Positions 1 to 10,173 of a stretch of 64,000 nucleotides of DNA are shown here, one piece after another. The DNA lies in assembly GCA_963555825.3 (NCBI GenBank), contig CAUVXB020000002.1, forward strand, positions 2,464,001-2,528,000, given 5' to 3'. Under the pieces are notes generated by a model, which worked only from the letters and a program-made list of their open reading frames with translations, was not told the origin of the DNA and did no database searches. The stretch comes from Alphaproteobacteria bacterium. GTDB lineage: Bacteria; Pseudomonadota; Alphaproteobacteria; JAAXGF01. Within the stretch, counting starts at the first letter, position 1. The number at the start of each line of letters is the position of its first letter. A program made the position numbers and the translations under genes.

Positions 1-123
1 GACCAGGGTCCCGACGTCTTCCTGCCGGGCACCAAGATGCCGCTGCAGCGCATCCCCGACGACGCACAGCTCACCGCGCTGATCGACTTCATGCGCGAGG
101 TCACGGGCCGGTCGGCCGAATAG
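1..123 (+). CDS. 3' end of a c-type cytochrome-domain protein (partial, runs off window)
   Basis: Frame 1 reads DQGPDVFLPGTKMPLQRIPDDAQLTALIDFMREVTGRSAE*. PGTKM is the class I cytochrome c axial-Met motif. Confidence 0.7.
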   Translation, partial: DQGPDVFLPGTKMPLQRIPDDAQLTALIDFMREVTGRSAE

Positions 124-127
124 GCTG

Positions 128-294
128 CTAGAGTATTTTGCGGTCACCTAACGGTGACCTGCGCTCAATCTCCGCGCATGCCAATCTTATGGGATCAAAG
201 CTGGCCGAACGGTCGGCGGCCCCCCTCCTGTCCCAATAAGACTGGCGCGGGCTGGCATTTTCCACCCAGGAAGAAGACGCCGCCCGATGCCTAG
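128..294 (-). repeat. Modular MITE-like repeat family A, copy 1
   Basis: Reverse complement has the family core CCAGCCCGCG..GGGCCGCCGACCGTTCGG..GCGCGG(A)GATTGAGCGCAGGTCA..TGACC, with CTAG at both sides. Boundaries approximate. Confidence 0.8.
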
Positions 295-419
295 TAGAGG
301 CGCACGCTGTCGGACGCGGTGAACTGCTCGTCCGAGCCGGGATTGATATTGGTCATCAAGACGCCGGCGCCGATGGCGATCGCGATGGCGGCGGCAAAAC
401 CGAGCATCATGGCCTTCAT
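291..419 (-). CDS. Small (42 aa) single-TM hypothetical protein, not in ORF track
   Basis: MKAMMLGFAAAIAIAIGAGVLMTNINPGSDEQFTASDSVRLY*: hydrophobic N-terminus and GC3-rich codons like the host genes. Confidence 0.65.
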   Translation of the reverse strand: MKAMMLGFAAAIAIAIGAGVLMTNINPGSDEQFTASDSVRLY

Positions 420-523
420 GTCACAGCCCCCATGGGCAATCGGTTGACGCGTCGAGACGGCATTCTACCGCCCGGCGGGTTCCAGGTGAAGCGTCTTGGT
501 TGGCCGCCGCGTCATACCAAACA

Positions 524-1570
524 TCAATCACCCGCGCCGGCGGCGCGCAGCAGCTCGACGATGCCGCTCTCGCCAACCATCGCCGCCGCCTTGATCGCGG
601 TCCAGCCGTCGTCGGCCCGCGCGCCAGGCTCGGCGCCGGCGCCGAGCAACACCTCGACGACCGAGCGCGCCCCCCGGTTGGCGGCGAGCATCAGAGCGGT
701 GTTGCCGTTGACTGCGTTGCGCGCGTTGACCTCGGCGCCGCCCTCGAGCAGCGTGACGATCGTCCCCAGATGCCCGACGCGCGCGGCCAGCATGAGCGGC
801 GTGTTGCCGTCGATGCCAGCGGCCTCGAGCCCGCCGCCGCCCTTGACCAGCGCACGGACGGTTGCGGTGTCGCCTTCCGCGGCGGCCCAGGCGAGCGCGC
901 TGCGCCCCTTGGCATCGCGGGCGTCGATCTCGGGATCGTAAGCGAGCAGCACGCGCACGCCCTCGGTGAAGCCGACCTGGGCGGCGAGCATGAGCGGCGG
1001 TGTGCCGTCGGCAAGCGCGAGGTCGGCGTCGGCGCCGACGCCGAGCAGTTCGGCGACCATGTAGATGTCGCGCGCCCGCGTTGCCGCCAGCAACGCCGTC
1101 ATGCCGTCGCCCGCGCGCGCATCGGCGTCGGCGCCGGCACCGATCAACAAACGCAACACGGCCAGGCCACCCCGGCGAAAGGCCGCGGTGATCAGCGCCG
1201 TGTTGCCGTTTTCGGCGGCGTGGCCGACATCGGCGCCGGCGACGATCAACGCCTCGGCCACCCGCGACCAGTGGCCAGCGGCCGCGTTGATCAGCGCGGT
1301 CTTGCCGGCGGCATCGACGGCGTCGAACGCCGCGCCGCGGACGATCAACAACAGGACGACGCCGAGCTGCCCCGCCTCCGCGGCGATCATCAGCGGCGTC
1401 TCGCCGCGCTCGGCATCGCGCGCCTCGAGGTCGGCGCCGCGCTCGATCAGATCCTCGGCGAGCGCCGTGTCGCCGTCGCGCGCCGCCGCGATCAACAGGT
1501 CCTCGAGCTGACCCGCTTGCGCCCCGACGGGCGCCGCGAGGATGAACAGCACGGCGAGCCGCGCGGCCAT
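524..1570 (-). CDS. Secreted ankyrin-repeat protein
   Basis: Signal peptide MAARLAVLFILAAPVGAQA followed by many G-x-T-P/A-L-x-x-A-A ankyrin repeats. Confidence 0.9.
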   Translation of the reverse strand: MAARLAVLFILAAPVGAQAGQLEDLLIAAARDGDTALAEDLIERGADLEARDAERGETPLMIAAEAGQLGVVLLLIVRGAAFDAVDAAGKTALINAAAGHWSRVAEALIVAGADVGHAAENGNTALITAAFRRGGLAVLRLLIGAGADADARAGDGMTALLAATRARDIYMVAELLGVGADADLALADGTPPLMLAAQVGFTEGVRVLLAYDPEIDARDAKGRSALAWAAAEGDTATVRALVKGGGGLEAAGIDGNTPLMLAARVGHLGTIVTLLEGGAEVNARNAVNGNTALMLAANRGARSVVEVLLGAGAEPGARADDGWTAIKAAAMVGESGIVELLRAAGAGD

Positions 1571-1756
1571 CTTGGCGGCCCCCGATCCCGGTCGATATGC
1601 CGTCGATGCGAACATGGTTGCGCGCGAGGCTATCACGCCGCCCGGCGTGGGTGTAGGGGGCCGTCGCTTCGCGCCCCGCCATGGTGACGCCACCAGCGAC
1701 CTGCTACCATCACGGTGACCGGCGCGCGCGCCGCACGAAAATGGACCCGTTTCACG

Positions 1757-2767
1757 ATGCCCGATTTCTGGCGCGATTCCGGCTATCACCTGCTGGCGCG
1801 GCGCGACGACGGCAAGCTCGCCGTCACCGACGACTTCCTGCGCGCCTACATCACGCGGCCCGAGCTGGCGCCGGTCGACGAATCCTGCGACGCCGAGCGC
1901 GCGCTGCACGCCGCGCTGGTCAACAATCCGCGCGAGGCGGTCTCGGCCGAGCGCCTGGCCGCGCTTGCCGATCCGGACGCGCGCGAGAACTATGTCGTGG
2001 TGCTCGATTTCCGCGACCGCCTGGTCGCCGCCGGCGTCGTCGAGGACTGCTATCTGGGGCTCTTCATGGCGGCGCGCATCGACATACCGCCGCTGTTCAT
2101 CGACCAACTGGTGCACGCTGCGTTGCGCGGTCTGCTCGACGGCGCCGAGCCGCTGCGGGTACGCGCCGGCGAGCTGTTGTTCCGGCCGCAGATCGTCACG
2201 CTGCACGAGGGCGCGGTGCTCGCCGCCGACCAGGAGGTCGTCGAGATGTACGCCGCGACCGGCGGCTTCGGCGACCTCGGCCGGCTGCTCGCCCAGGCGC
2301 AGACGCCATCGCGCATGGTCGAGCTCGACGTGCTCGACCCGGACGACGCCGCGGTCTACTGGGACCGCGAGGCGCGCCACGACACGGTCATCGACCTGAC
2401 GACGGGCCGCGCCGGGCTCGACGCGCTGGCCCGCGTGCTCGAGGCCTGGATCGACCATTTCACCGGCGCCCGTGTGCGCATCGCGCCGGTCGCCTCGATC
2501 ACCGACGAGCGCTGGGTCTGGCACATCGGCCTCGACGCCGAGGCGACGCTGATGCTCAACGACCTCTACAACGGCGTCCCGCTCGACGAGGCGCGGCGCG
2601 AGCGGCTGCTCGGCCTGTTCCGCCTCGAATTCGACGATCCCTCGCTGATGCGTGCCGACATCGCCGGCCGCTCGGTCTACCTGGGCATGGCGATGACCGA
2701 GGACAAACTCCTGCGCCTCAAGCCGCAGAACCTGCTGGTCAACCTGCCCCTCGCCGCGCCCGCCTGA
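1757..2767 (+). CDS. DUF6352-like conserved protein (family seen near alphaproteobacterial formate dehydrogenase clusters)
   Basis: N-term MPDFWRDSGYHLL..TDDFLRAYITRPELAP and C-term LRLKPQNLLVNLPL, recognised from memory. Confidence 0.7.
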   Translation: MPDFWRDSGYHLLARRDDGKLAVTDDFLRAYITRPELAPVDESCDAERALHAALVNNPREAVSAERLAALADPDARENYVVVLDFRDRLVAAGVVEDCYLGLFMAARIDIPPLFIDQLVHAALRGLLDGAEPLRVRAGELLFRPQIVTLHEGAVLAADQEVVEMYAATGGFGDLGRLLAQAQTPSRMVELDVLDPDDAAVYWDREARHDTVIDLTTGRAGLDALARVLEAWIDHFTGARVRIAPVASITDERWVWHIGLDAEATLMLNDLYNGVPLDEARRERLLGLFRLEFDDPSLMRADIAGRSVYLGMAMTEDKLLRLKPQNLLVNLPLAAPA

Positions 2768-2808
2768 CCAGTTCCTCAAGGCATCGAACCATGCGAAACG
2801 GTGTCTGA

Positions 2809-3983
2809 TACCAGTGAGCCTATGAAATCACCTTCATGATCCATGGATAGGCGCAGAGGGTTCGCATACGATCCGGTTCTGCGATGAGGTCGATCCATGC
2901 TTGGCAACAGGCGTCGATGATGGCCTCGGTGTCGTCGAGGACGCGGAGCGATAGGAAGCGTTCGCGTAGGTAGAGCCAAACCCGCTCGACGGGGTTGAGT
3001 TCGGGACTGTAAGGCGGCAACAGCGCCAAGGTGACGTTGTCGGGGACGGTGAGGGCGCGCTCGTCGTGCCAACCGGCGCCGTCGCACATCATGACGGCGT
3101 GCGCATCCTGGTCCAGGGTATCGGCGAAGTGTGCGAGAAACAGGTCCATGACCTTGGCGTTGACGCTCGGCATCACCAGGGTGACGTCGTCGCCGGTGTC
3201 CGGGCGCACGGCGGAGAAGATGTAGGCCCACTGGTAGCCGATTTGACGCGTCCCGGGGGCACGCTCGCCCCTGCGCCACCACCGGTGACACACCCGGCCC
3301 TTGTTGCCGACGCGCGCTTCATCCTGAAACCACAGCTGTAGGCGCTTGTCGGGATGCGCCGCGGCGGTCGCCTTCAGGATGTCGCGAAGCCCCCTTTTTT
3401 GAAGCGCTCCTGCGCTTCGGCGTCCCTTCGCGGGTGGCTCGGGCGCGCCTTCTGGCGGGAAAATCCCATCCGCCGTAGAACCCGGGTCATGCTCGAGGGG
3501 TGGTAGGTCTTGGCGAAGCGCTCCTCCAGCCAGCGGCACAGATCGGCCCGGGTCCAGGCGCAAACCCCGTCGCGCTCAGGCTCCGGCCCGGCGATGATGA
3601 CCGCCGCCAGCGCCGCTTCCTCGTCTGCCGTCAGCCGCCGCGGCGAGTAGCCCTTTGGACGGTCGTGAAGCCCCTCCAATCCCTTTGCATTGTAACGAAC
3701 AACCGCGTCGCGAAGCGTTTGGCGATCCATCCCCGCAAGCCGCGCGGCATCAGCCCGGGGCATCTCCTCCAAAGCATTCGCGATCCCATAGGCCCGCGCC
3801 GCCGCTCGACCGTACGATTCCACGCGAGCCCAGCGCCGAAGCTCCAAAGGCGTCAAATCATCCCGTATCTTGAGTGCTGATCCCATGACATCCCCCACAT
3901 CTGGTGGGAGACCATAGAATCACAATCCGCCATCATCCGCCATCAATGAATATCCCGAGAGTCAATTCAGGCGCTCACTGGTA
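2809..3983 (-). mobile_element. IS630-family insertion sequence (1175 bp)
   Basis: TIRs TACCAGTGAGC (2809) / GCTCACTGGTA (3983), flanked by TGA on both sides; two-ORF transposase. Confidence 0.92.
2820..3898 (-). CDS. IS630 transposase, orfA (3374-3898, HTH) + orfB (2820-~3400, DDE) joined by a probable programmed -1 frameshift
   Basis: WFQDEAR, CDGAGWH and LPPYSPELNPVE motifs; slippery A6G5 at 3390-3400 on the minus strand. Confidence 0.9.
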
Positions 3984-4120
3984 TGACACCGTTTTTGGCA
4001 CCGTTTTTCCAGGATTTCCGAACATCTCCGGATTTCCGAACATCTAAGGTGCATTTAAGGTGTCAGACACCTTTTCTCCTGCCGTTTTGCACAAAGACAG
4101 CCATAACGGTGTCTGACACC
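3984..4120. repeat. Cluster of GGTGTC(T/A)GACACC palindromes (REP-like family C) plus a short direct repeat
   Basis: Palindromes at 4059-4071 and 4108-4120, with another split by IS630 (2800-2808/3984-3990); GGATTTCCGAACATCT twice at ~4012-4045. Confidence 0.75.
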
Positions 4121-4187
4121 ATTACGGTTTGGCACCAATACGGTTTGATGCGCGGCGAGGCTCGGCGGCCGCGACTCATACCAAGGC

Positions 4188-4667
4188 TCAGGTGTCGTCC
4201 TCGACGACGTCCCAGATCTTGGCGTGCTGGGTGGCGCGCGACGGCGTGATGACGCTGAAGCGTTCGACGATGCCACGCTCGCCCAGCTCGCGCTCGACGG
4301 CGAGCAGCGTGTGGAGCTTGTGCTCGGCGATGCTGACGGCGAAGGCGACCTCGTCGCGCGCCGCGGGCAGCGCGGCCTCGAGGTCGGGCGCGCCATAGTC
4401 GGTGATGAAGTGGAGCGCCAGGCGCTGGATGACGTCGGCGTGGTCCGCCTCGTCGATCTCTGCGACCTCGACCAGCGTCGACCGGCCGAAGCTGGTGGTG
4501 CCGAGGAAGCCGTTGGCGAAGGCCTGGCGCCGTTTGCCGGTGAGCGCGGCCGGATCGGCGTGCGCGAAGGCGAAGGCGCCGGTCACCGCCCACTCGCCGG
4601 GCGCAGCGGCGCGTTCGAAGATGTGCGTGTCGGATTGGTCGAGGCGGATCACCCGCGGCAGCCGCAT
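4188..4667 (-). CDS. DUF6505-like conserved protein
   Basis: MRLPRVIRLDQSDTHIFERAAAPGEWAVTGAFAF..FANGFLG..FGRST, recognised from memory. Confidence 0.7.
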   Translation of the reverse strand: MRLPRVIRLDQSDTHIFERAAAPGEWAVTGAFAFAHADPAALTGKRRQAFANGFLGTTSFGRSTLVEVAEIDEADHADVIQRLALHFITDYGAPDLEAALPAARDEVAFAVSIAEHKLHTLLAVERELGERGIVERFSVITPSRATQHAKIWDVVEDDT

Positions 4668-4684
4668 GACGAACGCCGCGCCGC

Positions 4685-5320
4685 TCAGCCACCGAGCCTG
4701 AACGAGTTGGCGATCACCATCAGGTGGCGCAGGCGGCGCTCGTTCATGGTCTCGATCTCGGTGTAGAACCAGCGGTCCTCGATCCGCTGCAGGCGCAGCA
4801 CATGGTACTGGCGCACCGGCCCGACGTTGTAGACGCAGTAGAGCTCGTGGAAGCCGCCGCTCGCGTTGTAGCCGACGTGCGGCGCGTCGCAGAACGACAG
4901 CGGCAGTTCGGCGAGCGCGGTGATGCCCTTGAACAGCTCGGGGATGATCTTGCGCAGCGCGTCGAAGGCCGGGTCGCCGAACGGGCTGTCCGGGCTGTCG
5001 AGCAGCGCCTCGGCGCGGTCCATGTCGCCGAGGTTGCCGGTGAGCCGCGCCTTGAGCCAGTCGGCCGGGTCGTCGACCGCGCCGACGACCTCGCGCAGAT
5101 GAATTGCCGAGAGGTGCGAGAACGGCCCATCGACCGGCCGGATGGTGCGCAGATAACGCCATTCGCCGGTCGTCGAGGCGTTGGGCTCGAAGACGTCCTT
5201 GAAACCCTCGGGGACCTCGAACTCCTGGGCCTGGGCGGCACCGCCGGCGAGGCAGATGCCGACAACGGCGGCCGCCAATACGGCGCTCAGGCGGTGCGTG
5301 GTACGAAGCTGTGTGCTCAT
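4685..5320 (-). CDS. Hypothetical exported protein
   Basis: Signal peptide ending AQAQ, host-like codon usage, co-oriented with the DUF6505-like gene. Confidence 0.7.
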   Translation of the reverse strand: MSTQLRTTHRLSAVLAAAVVGICLAGGAAQAQEFEVPEGFKDVFEPNASTTGEWRYLRTIRPVDGPFSHLSAIHLREVVGAVDDPADWLKARLTGNLGDMDRAEALLDSPDSPFGDPAFDALRKIIPELFKGITALAELPLSFCDAPHVGYNASGGFHELYCVYNVGPVRQYHVLRLQRIEDRWFYTEIETMNERRLRHLMVIANSFRLGG

Positions 5321-5510
5321 GGAAGACCTGTCCTTGGCCGCGAACGGCCGCTTGGTTGGTCGCGCGATCCGGCCCCCCTCGCCAACTCGTTCACCATTGA
5401 ACGCCCTATCATGCCACAGGGAACGGCACCCTGATCAACGAAAATCCGACGACCGGGGTGGTTCCGGGCTACGCTGCCGGCCTACATCGCGTCCACCGCC
5501 CAGGCCAACC

Positions 5511-7165
5511 ATGAGCAGCGACGAGCGGCCGAACGCCGACGACACCGACCGCCAGGCGACGTTTCAGGAGGCCCAGCGGCACCACCTTGCCGGGCGATGG
5601 GACGCCGCGGCGCGCCTTTACGGCGATATTCTCGCGACATCGCCAGGCAACCCCGAAGTCCTGCAACTGCTCGGCGTCGTCGAGCTGCAGCGCGGCAACG
5701 CCGAGGTCGGCGTACGCCTGATCGAACAGGCCATCGCCCAGGTGCCGGACCACGCCGACGCGCATTTCAACCTGGGCGTCGCGCATCGCCAACGGGACGG
5801 CCACGCCAAGGCCGCCGACGCCTATCGCCGGGCGATCGCGGCGCGGCCCGAATTCGCCGAGGCGCACGGCGAACTGGCGCTGGTGCTGCACGCCCAAGGC
5901 CGGCTCGACGAGGCCGAGGCCGCCGCGCGGCGCGCCATCGCGCTCGATCTGGGCCTTGCGCTGGCGCACAACGCCTTGGGCATCGTGCTGCGCGACCAGG
6001 GCGCGGGCGAAGCGGCGATGGCTTCGTTTCGCGTGTCCCTGGCGCACGAGCCCCGCTTCGCCGAGGCGCACAACAACCTGGGCGTCGCGTTGCGCGACCG
6101 GGGCGATCACGCCGCCGCCGACGCCTATCGCCAGGCGCTCGCGCTCAAGCCCGATTTCGCCGAGGCCCACAACAATCTGGGCAACGCGCTGCAGGAACTG
6201 GGCCAGTCGGAGAAAGCTATCGCCACGCTGCGCGCGGCGCTAGGCGTCTCGCCCGACTATGCGACGGCGCACCACAACTTAGGCATAGCGCTGCTGCTCG
6301 TCGGCCAATTCGAAGAGGGCTGGGACGAATATGAATGGCGCTGGCGGGTCGAGAGCTTCGCCGCCGACCGCGCGCGCTTCCGCCAGCCCGTCTGGTCGGG
6401 CGCGCCGCTCGATGGCGAGACGGTGCTGGTCCACTCAGAGCAGGGCCTGGGCGACACGCTGCAGTTCATCCGCTATGTGCCGCACGTCGCCGCCGCCGGC
6501 GGCCGGGTCGTCGTCGAGTGCGAGCGCGGGCTCGCCCGGCTGCTTGCCGCGGTCGACGGCGTCGAGCGGATCGTCCTGAAGGGCACACCGCTGCCCAAAC
6601 ACGCGCTGCGTATGCCGTTGCTGAGCCTGCCCCGCATCGCCGGCACGACGCTCGCCAGCATGCCCGCCGAGGTGCCCTATCTCGCGGCGCCCGAAGGCGC
6701 GCGAAGACCGCTGCTCGCGCCCGCCGACGGCCGGCGGCGCGTCGGCATCGTCTGGGCCGGCAACCCGAAGCACGGCAAGGACCGCGCCCGCTCCTGCCCG
6801 CTCGGCCATTTCGCGGCGCTCGCCAGACGCGACGACATCGCGCTCTACAGCCTTCAGGTCGGCGCGCAGGCCGCCGAGCTTGGGTCCCTCGATGCGCCGA
6901 TCCGCGGACCTCGCGCCGGGGCTGACCGACTTCGCCGACACCGCCGCCGCGCTCGATGCGCTCGACCTGGTGAGCGCCGGCGCAGCCGGTCTGGACGCTG
7001 CATCCCGTGGCGCCAGACTGACGCTGGATGCTGGAACGCGACGACAGCCCCTGGTACCCGACCATGCGCCTGTTCCGCCAAGAGCGCCGAGGCGACTGGG
7101 CGGGCGTCTTCGCGCGCGTCGAGGCGGCGCTGAACGGCTTGCATCGGAACGGTGTTGTCCGTTAA
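5511..7165 (+). pseudogene. TPR + glycosyltransferase family 9-like protein, degraded 3' end
   Basis: TPRs (AEAHNNLG), EQGLGDTLQF and VGIVWAGNP. Frameshift at ~6905, the usual VDTAVAHLAGA segment is missing at ~6975, and an in-frame TGA at ~7019 precedes RWMLERDDSPWYPTMRLFRQ. Confidence 0.8.
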
Positions 7166-7206
7166 ACGGGACCCGATCACGGGCAACCACGGGCCAAGAC
7201 CTCAAG

Positions 7207-8034
7207 ATGACCGAGCCGCTTCTGAAAGACATCGCCGAGGACGACATCGCCGCCTATCGGCGCGACGGTGCGTTTTGCCTGCGCGGGCATTTCGACAACC
7301 GCTGGCTGGCCAGGCTCGCAAAGGGGGTCGACGACAACATCGCCCAGCCCGGGCCGGTCGCCACCGAGCACCGGCTCGACGACGGCGCCGGGCGCTTCTT
7401 CGAAGACTATTGCAACTGGCGGCGCATCGCCGAGTACCGCGATTTCGTGCTGACCTCGCCGGCCGCGCGCATCGCCGCGGCGTTCATGGGCTCGGAGACC
7501 GTGCAGATATTCCACGAGCACGTTCTGGTCAAGGAGCCGGGCACGACCAAGAAGACGCCGTGGCACCACGACATGCCGTACTACTGCGTTCAGGGCAGCC
7601 AGGTCATCAGCCTGTGGATGCCGCTCGATCCGGTGCCGCGCGCCGTGTGCCCGGAATTCGTCGCCGGCTCGCACCTCTGGGGCAAGCTCTTCTATCCGCG
7701 CAAGTTCGACGACGGCGCCGACTACGACTACGCGGGCGGCGGTTTCGAGACGATGCCCGACATCGACGCCAACCGCGGCGACTACAAAATCCTGTCGTGG
7801 GGCCTCGAGCCCGGCGACGCCATCCTGTTCCACTATTTGACGGTGCACGGCGCGCCGGGCAATCCGGGCGCCGGTCGCCGGCGCGCCTTCTCGAGCCGCT
7901 GGCTGGGCGACGACGCGCGCTTCGCCGAGCGGCCGGGGACCACCTCGCCGCCCTTCCCCGGCATCGGCCAGGCCGACGGCGAGCGTCTGCGCGAGGATTG
8001 GTTCCCGACCGTCTTGAGGCGCGCGGAAGGCTAA
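7207..8034 (+). CDS. Phytanoyl-CoA dioxygenase (PhyH) family Fe(II)/2OG dioxygenase
   Basis: KEPG..TPWHHD (HxD), WMPLDPV, distal TVHGAPGN and RRAFSSRW. Confidence 0.9.
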   Translation: MTEPLLKDIAEDDIAAYRRDGAFCLRGHFDNRWLARLAKGVDDNIAQPGPVATEHRLDDGAGRFFEDYCNWRRIAEYRDFVLTSPAARIAAAFMGSETVQIFHEHVLVKEPGTTKKTPWHHDMPYYCVQGSQVISLWMPLDPVPRAVCPEFVAGSHLWGKLFYPRKFDDGADYDYAGGGFETMPDIDANRGDYKILSWGLEPGDAILFHYLTVHGAPGNPGAGRRRAFSSRWLGDDARFAERPGTTSPPFPGIGQADGERLREDWFPTVLRRAEG

Positions 8035-8055
8035 ACTACCGAGGAGTGGCCCGCG

Positions 8056-10173
8056 CTACTTCGGCGGCTTCTTGCCCTTGTTGCCGCCATTGCCGCCGCC
8101 ACCATTGCCGCCGCCGCCGTCGCCGCTACCACCACCGCCCTTGCTGGCGGTGGTGCCCTCGGCGGTGTTGCTGCGCGCTACGTTGCCGGCGCCGTCGACC
8201 GCGTCGACAACGTAGCTGTACGTCGTGCCGCTGGCCAGGCCAGTATGGTTGTAGCTCATCGAGGTCGTCGTCGCGAGCAACGTGCCGCCGCTGTACATCG
8301 CGTAGTGGTCGAGGCCGACGCCAGCGTCCTGCGACGCGGTCCAGCTCAGAGAGGCGCGGTTCTTGCGTGTCAGCACGGCGCTCAGCACCGGCGCATCGGG
8401 CGGGCTGCCGTCGACCATGTAGCTGGCCAGCGACGTCGTGCTGTCGGCCGCGTCGTAGGCCTCGGCCGAGACGCCGTAGGTGCCGTCCTGCGCACCGTTG
8501 GCGTTCACCGTGAAGCTCAGCGTGACGGCCGCGCCGGGCGCCAGCGCGCCCGTGTTGTCCATCGAGGGACCGGACAACAGCGGGACATCGGCGTCCATGG
8601 CGACTTCGAAGGCGCGGGCGTCGCACACCGAGGTGTCGCGGTTGGTGACCGTGACGTTGAAGTCGTCCGAGCCGTCCGGCGCCGAGGCCGCGATGGCCGG
8701 GCTGATGTTGATCGACGGCGCCGCGGTCAGGCATTCGACGTTGAAGTCGACGCGCACGTCGACCGTGCCGTCACCGTTATCGGCGAGCTGGGTGATGGTG
8801 ATCTCGTTCGCCGCGTCGACGAACTCGAGCGTCGCGCCGCTGCCCGAGCCGTCGTCGTAGAGCGAGCGGATGAACAGCGTGCGGTTATAGCCCGAGCCGC
8901 GGTAGCGGTGGATGTTGACGCCGCGCGTATAGGTGCTCGACAGGCTGCCGTAGCTGCCGACCGGTTCGCGCACCGAAAGATAGTAGTAATCGCTCGAATC
9001 GGGTTTGGCGATGCGCAGCGCGCGCGGCCCTGCGGCCAGTCCGAAATCCTCTTCCACCGGATAGAGCGTGAAATCGCCGGTCGCCGAGACGTCGACGATG
9101 GTGTTGTCGGTCGCGTCGAACCAGTTCATCTGCTGGGTGTGCGGCGCGTTGAAGACGTGCCAGGCGCGCGACAGGCCCATCGGGTCCGAATAGTCGCCGT
9201 ATTCCGAATCGACCGTGCCGTCGTTGCCGGGATCGGTCGAGGCATGCGCCATGCTGAGGTTGTGGCCGAGCTCGTGGGCGTAGACCATGCCCGACTCGCC
9301 CTCGGCGAGCCACGACCGGCAGAAGCCCGATTTGTATGAGTCGTTGCGGTTGCAGCCGACGTTGGCGACGCCGGCCCAGGTGCAGGCCTGGTCGTTGTAG
9401 CGCGGCACGACATAGACGCGATGGTCGTAGAGCGAGAGGTCGATATTCGCCGCGTCGGCCGCGGCATCGGCCTTGTAGGCCCAGTCATAGTAGTCGCAGA
9501 CGTTGCTCGGCGCGTCGATCTGGAATGGCCCGAAGACGTCGGCTGCGCCGTCGCCGTCGGTGTCGGGGACGAAAGTCATCTGGCCGTAGGAGCTGGTCTG
9601 GTAGAGCTGATCGACGTTCTGCGAGCCGGTGTACATCTGGCCGGTGATCGACGCGATGGTGTAGCGCGCCGAGGCGAAGGCGTCGGTCAGGTCGATCATC
9701 AAAACCAGCGCGCGGCGCTCGGTCAGCGCCGCCGCGTCGGCGCCCGCGTCGGCCTCGGTCGAGGCCCCGCCCATCGCCGCGATCGTCTCGTGCACCTCGA
9801 TGGCGCGGCCGCGCGCGTTGCCGCGCACCGTCAGCACGTCGCCCGAGAGCAGCCCCTTGGGCGCCGCGCGGGCGAACGTGAGATCGAACTGTTTGCCGCT
9901 CGCCGCGTCATGCAGGACATAGCGGTACGACGATCGGCCGCGCGCATAGTCGTCGATGTGCAGCACGTCGACCTCGCCGGTGACCTCGATCGGCGCGCCG
10001 GACCCGGCCTCCTGTGCAGCGGCCCGGTCGATCGCGAGGCCGAACGCGAGGACGGCGGACATCGCCGCGGCGACGCCCCACCGGACGAGCCGTGCCGGAT
10101 CGGTCAGCCTGGCGGTCTTGCCGGGGGTCTCTTGCCGGGAAGCGGAATCGCTCTTGCCAGTCGGTTTGGTCAT
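8056..10173 (-). CDS. Secreted zinc metallopeptidase (M11/gametolysin-like) with C-terminal Ig/FN3-like domains
   Basis: Signal peptide; HELGHNLSMAH metzincin-like motif; EYGDYSDPMG Met-turn; FN3 signature LSWTAS..GLASGTTYSYVVDAVDGAGN; Gly/Lys tail. Confidence 0.8.
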   Translation of the reverse strand: MTKPTGKSDSASRQETPGKTARLTDPARLVRWGVAAAMSAVLAFGLAIDRAAAQEAGSGAPIEVTGEVDVLHIDDYARGRSSYRYVLHDAASGKQFDLTFARAAPKGLLSGDVLTVRGNARGRAIEVHETIAAMGGASTEADAGADAAALTERRALVLMIDLTDAFASARYTIASITGQMYTGSQNVDQLYQTSSYGQMTFVPDTDGDGAADVFGPFQIDAPSNVCDYYDWAYKADAAADAANIDLSLYDHRVYVVPRYNDQACTWAGVANVGCNRNDSYKSGFCRSWLAEGESGMVYAHELGHNLSMAHASTDPGNDGTVDSEYGDYSDPMGLSRAWHVFNAPHTQQMNWFDATDNTIVDVSATGDFTLYPVEEDFGLAAGPRALRIAKPDSSDYYYLSVREPVGSYGSLSSTYTRGVNIHRYRGSGYNRTLFIRSLYDDGSGSGATLEFVDAANEITITQLADNGDGTVDVRVDFNVECLTAAPSINISPAIAASAPDGSDDFNVTVTNRDTSVCDARAFEVAMDADVPLLSGPSMDNTGALAPGAAVTLSFTVNANGAQDGTYGVSAEAYDAADSTTSLASYMVDGSPPDAPVLSAVLTRKNRASLSWTASQDAGVGLDHYAMYSGGTLLATTTSMSYNHTGLASGTTYSYVVDAVDGAGNVARSNTAEGTTASKGGGGSGDGGGGNGGGGNGGNKGKKPPK

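Noticed and set aside
500-2779. Long overlapping ORFs (e.g. 500-1687 +, the 751-aa extension of the ankyrin ORF) and similar antisense ORFs throughout
   Set aside because: These are shadow frames of real genes in high-GC DNA, Arg/Ala/Pro-rich with no recognisable motifs.
2820-3898. IS630 transposase as a pseudogene
   Set aside because: The break lies at an A6G5 slippery run, the usual programmed frameshift position in two-ORF IS630 elements.
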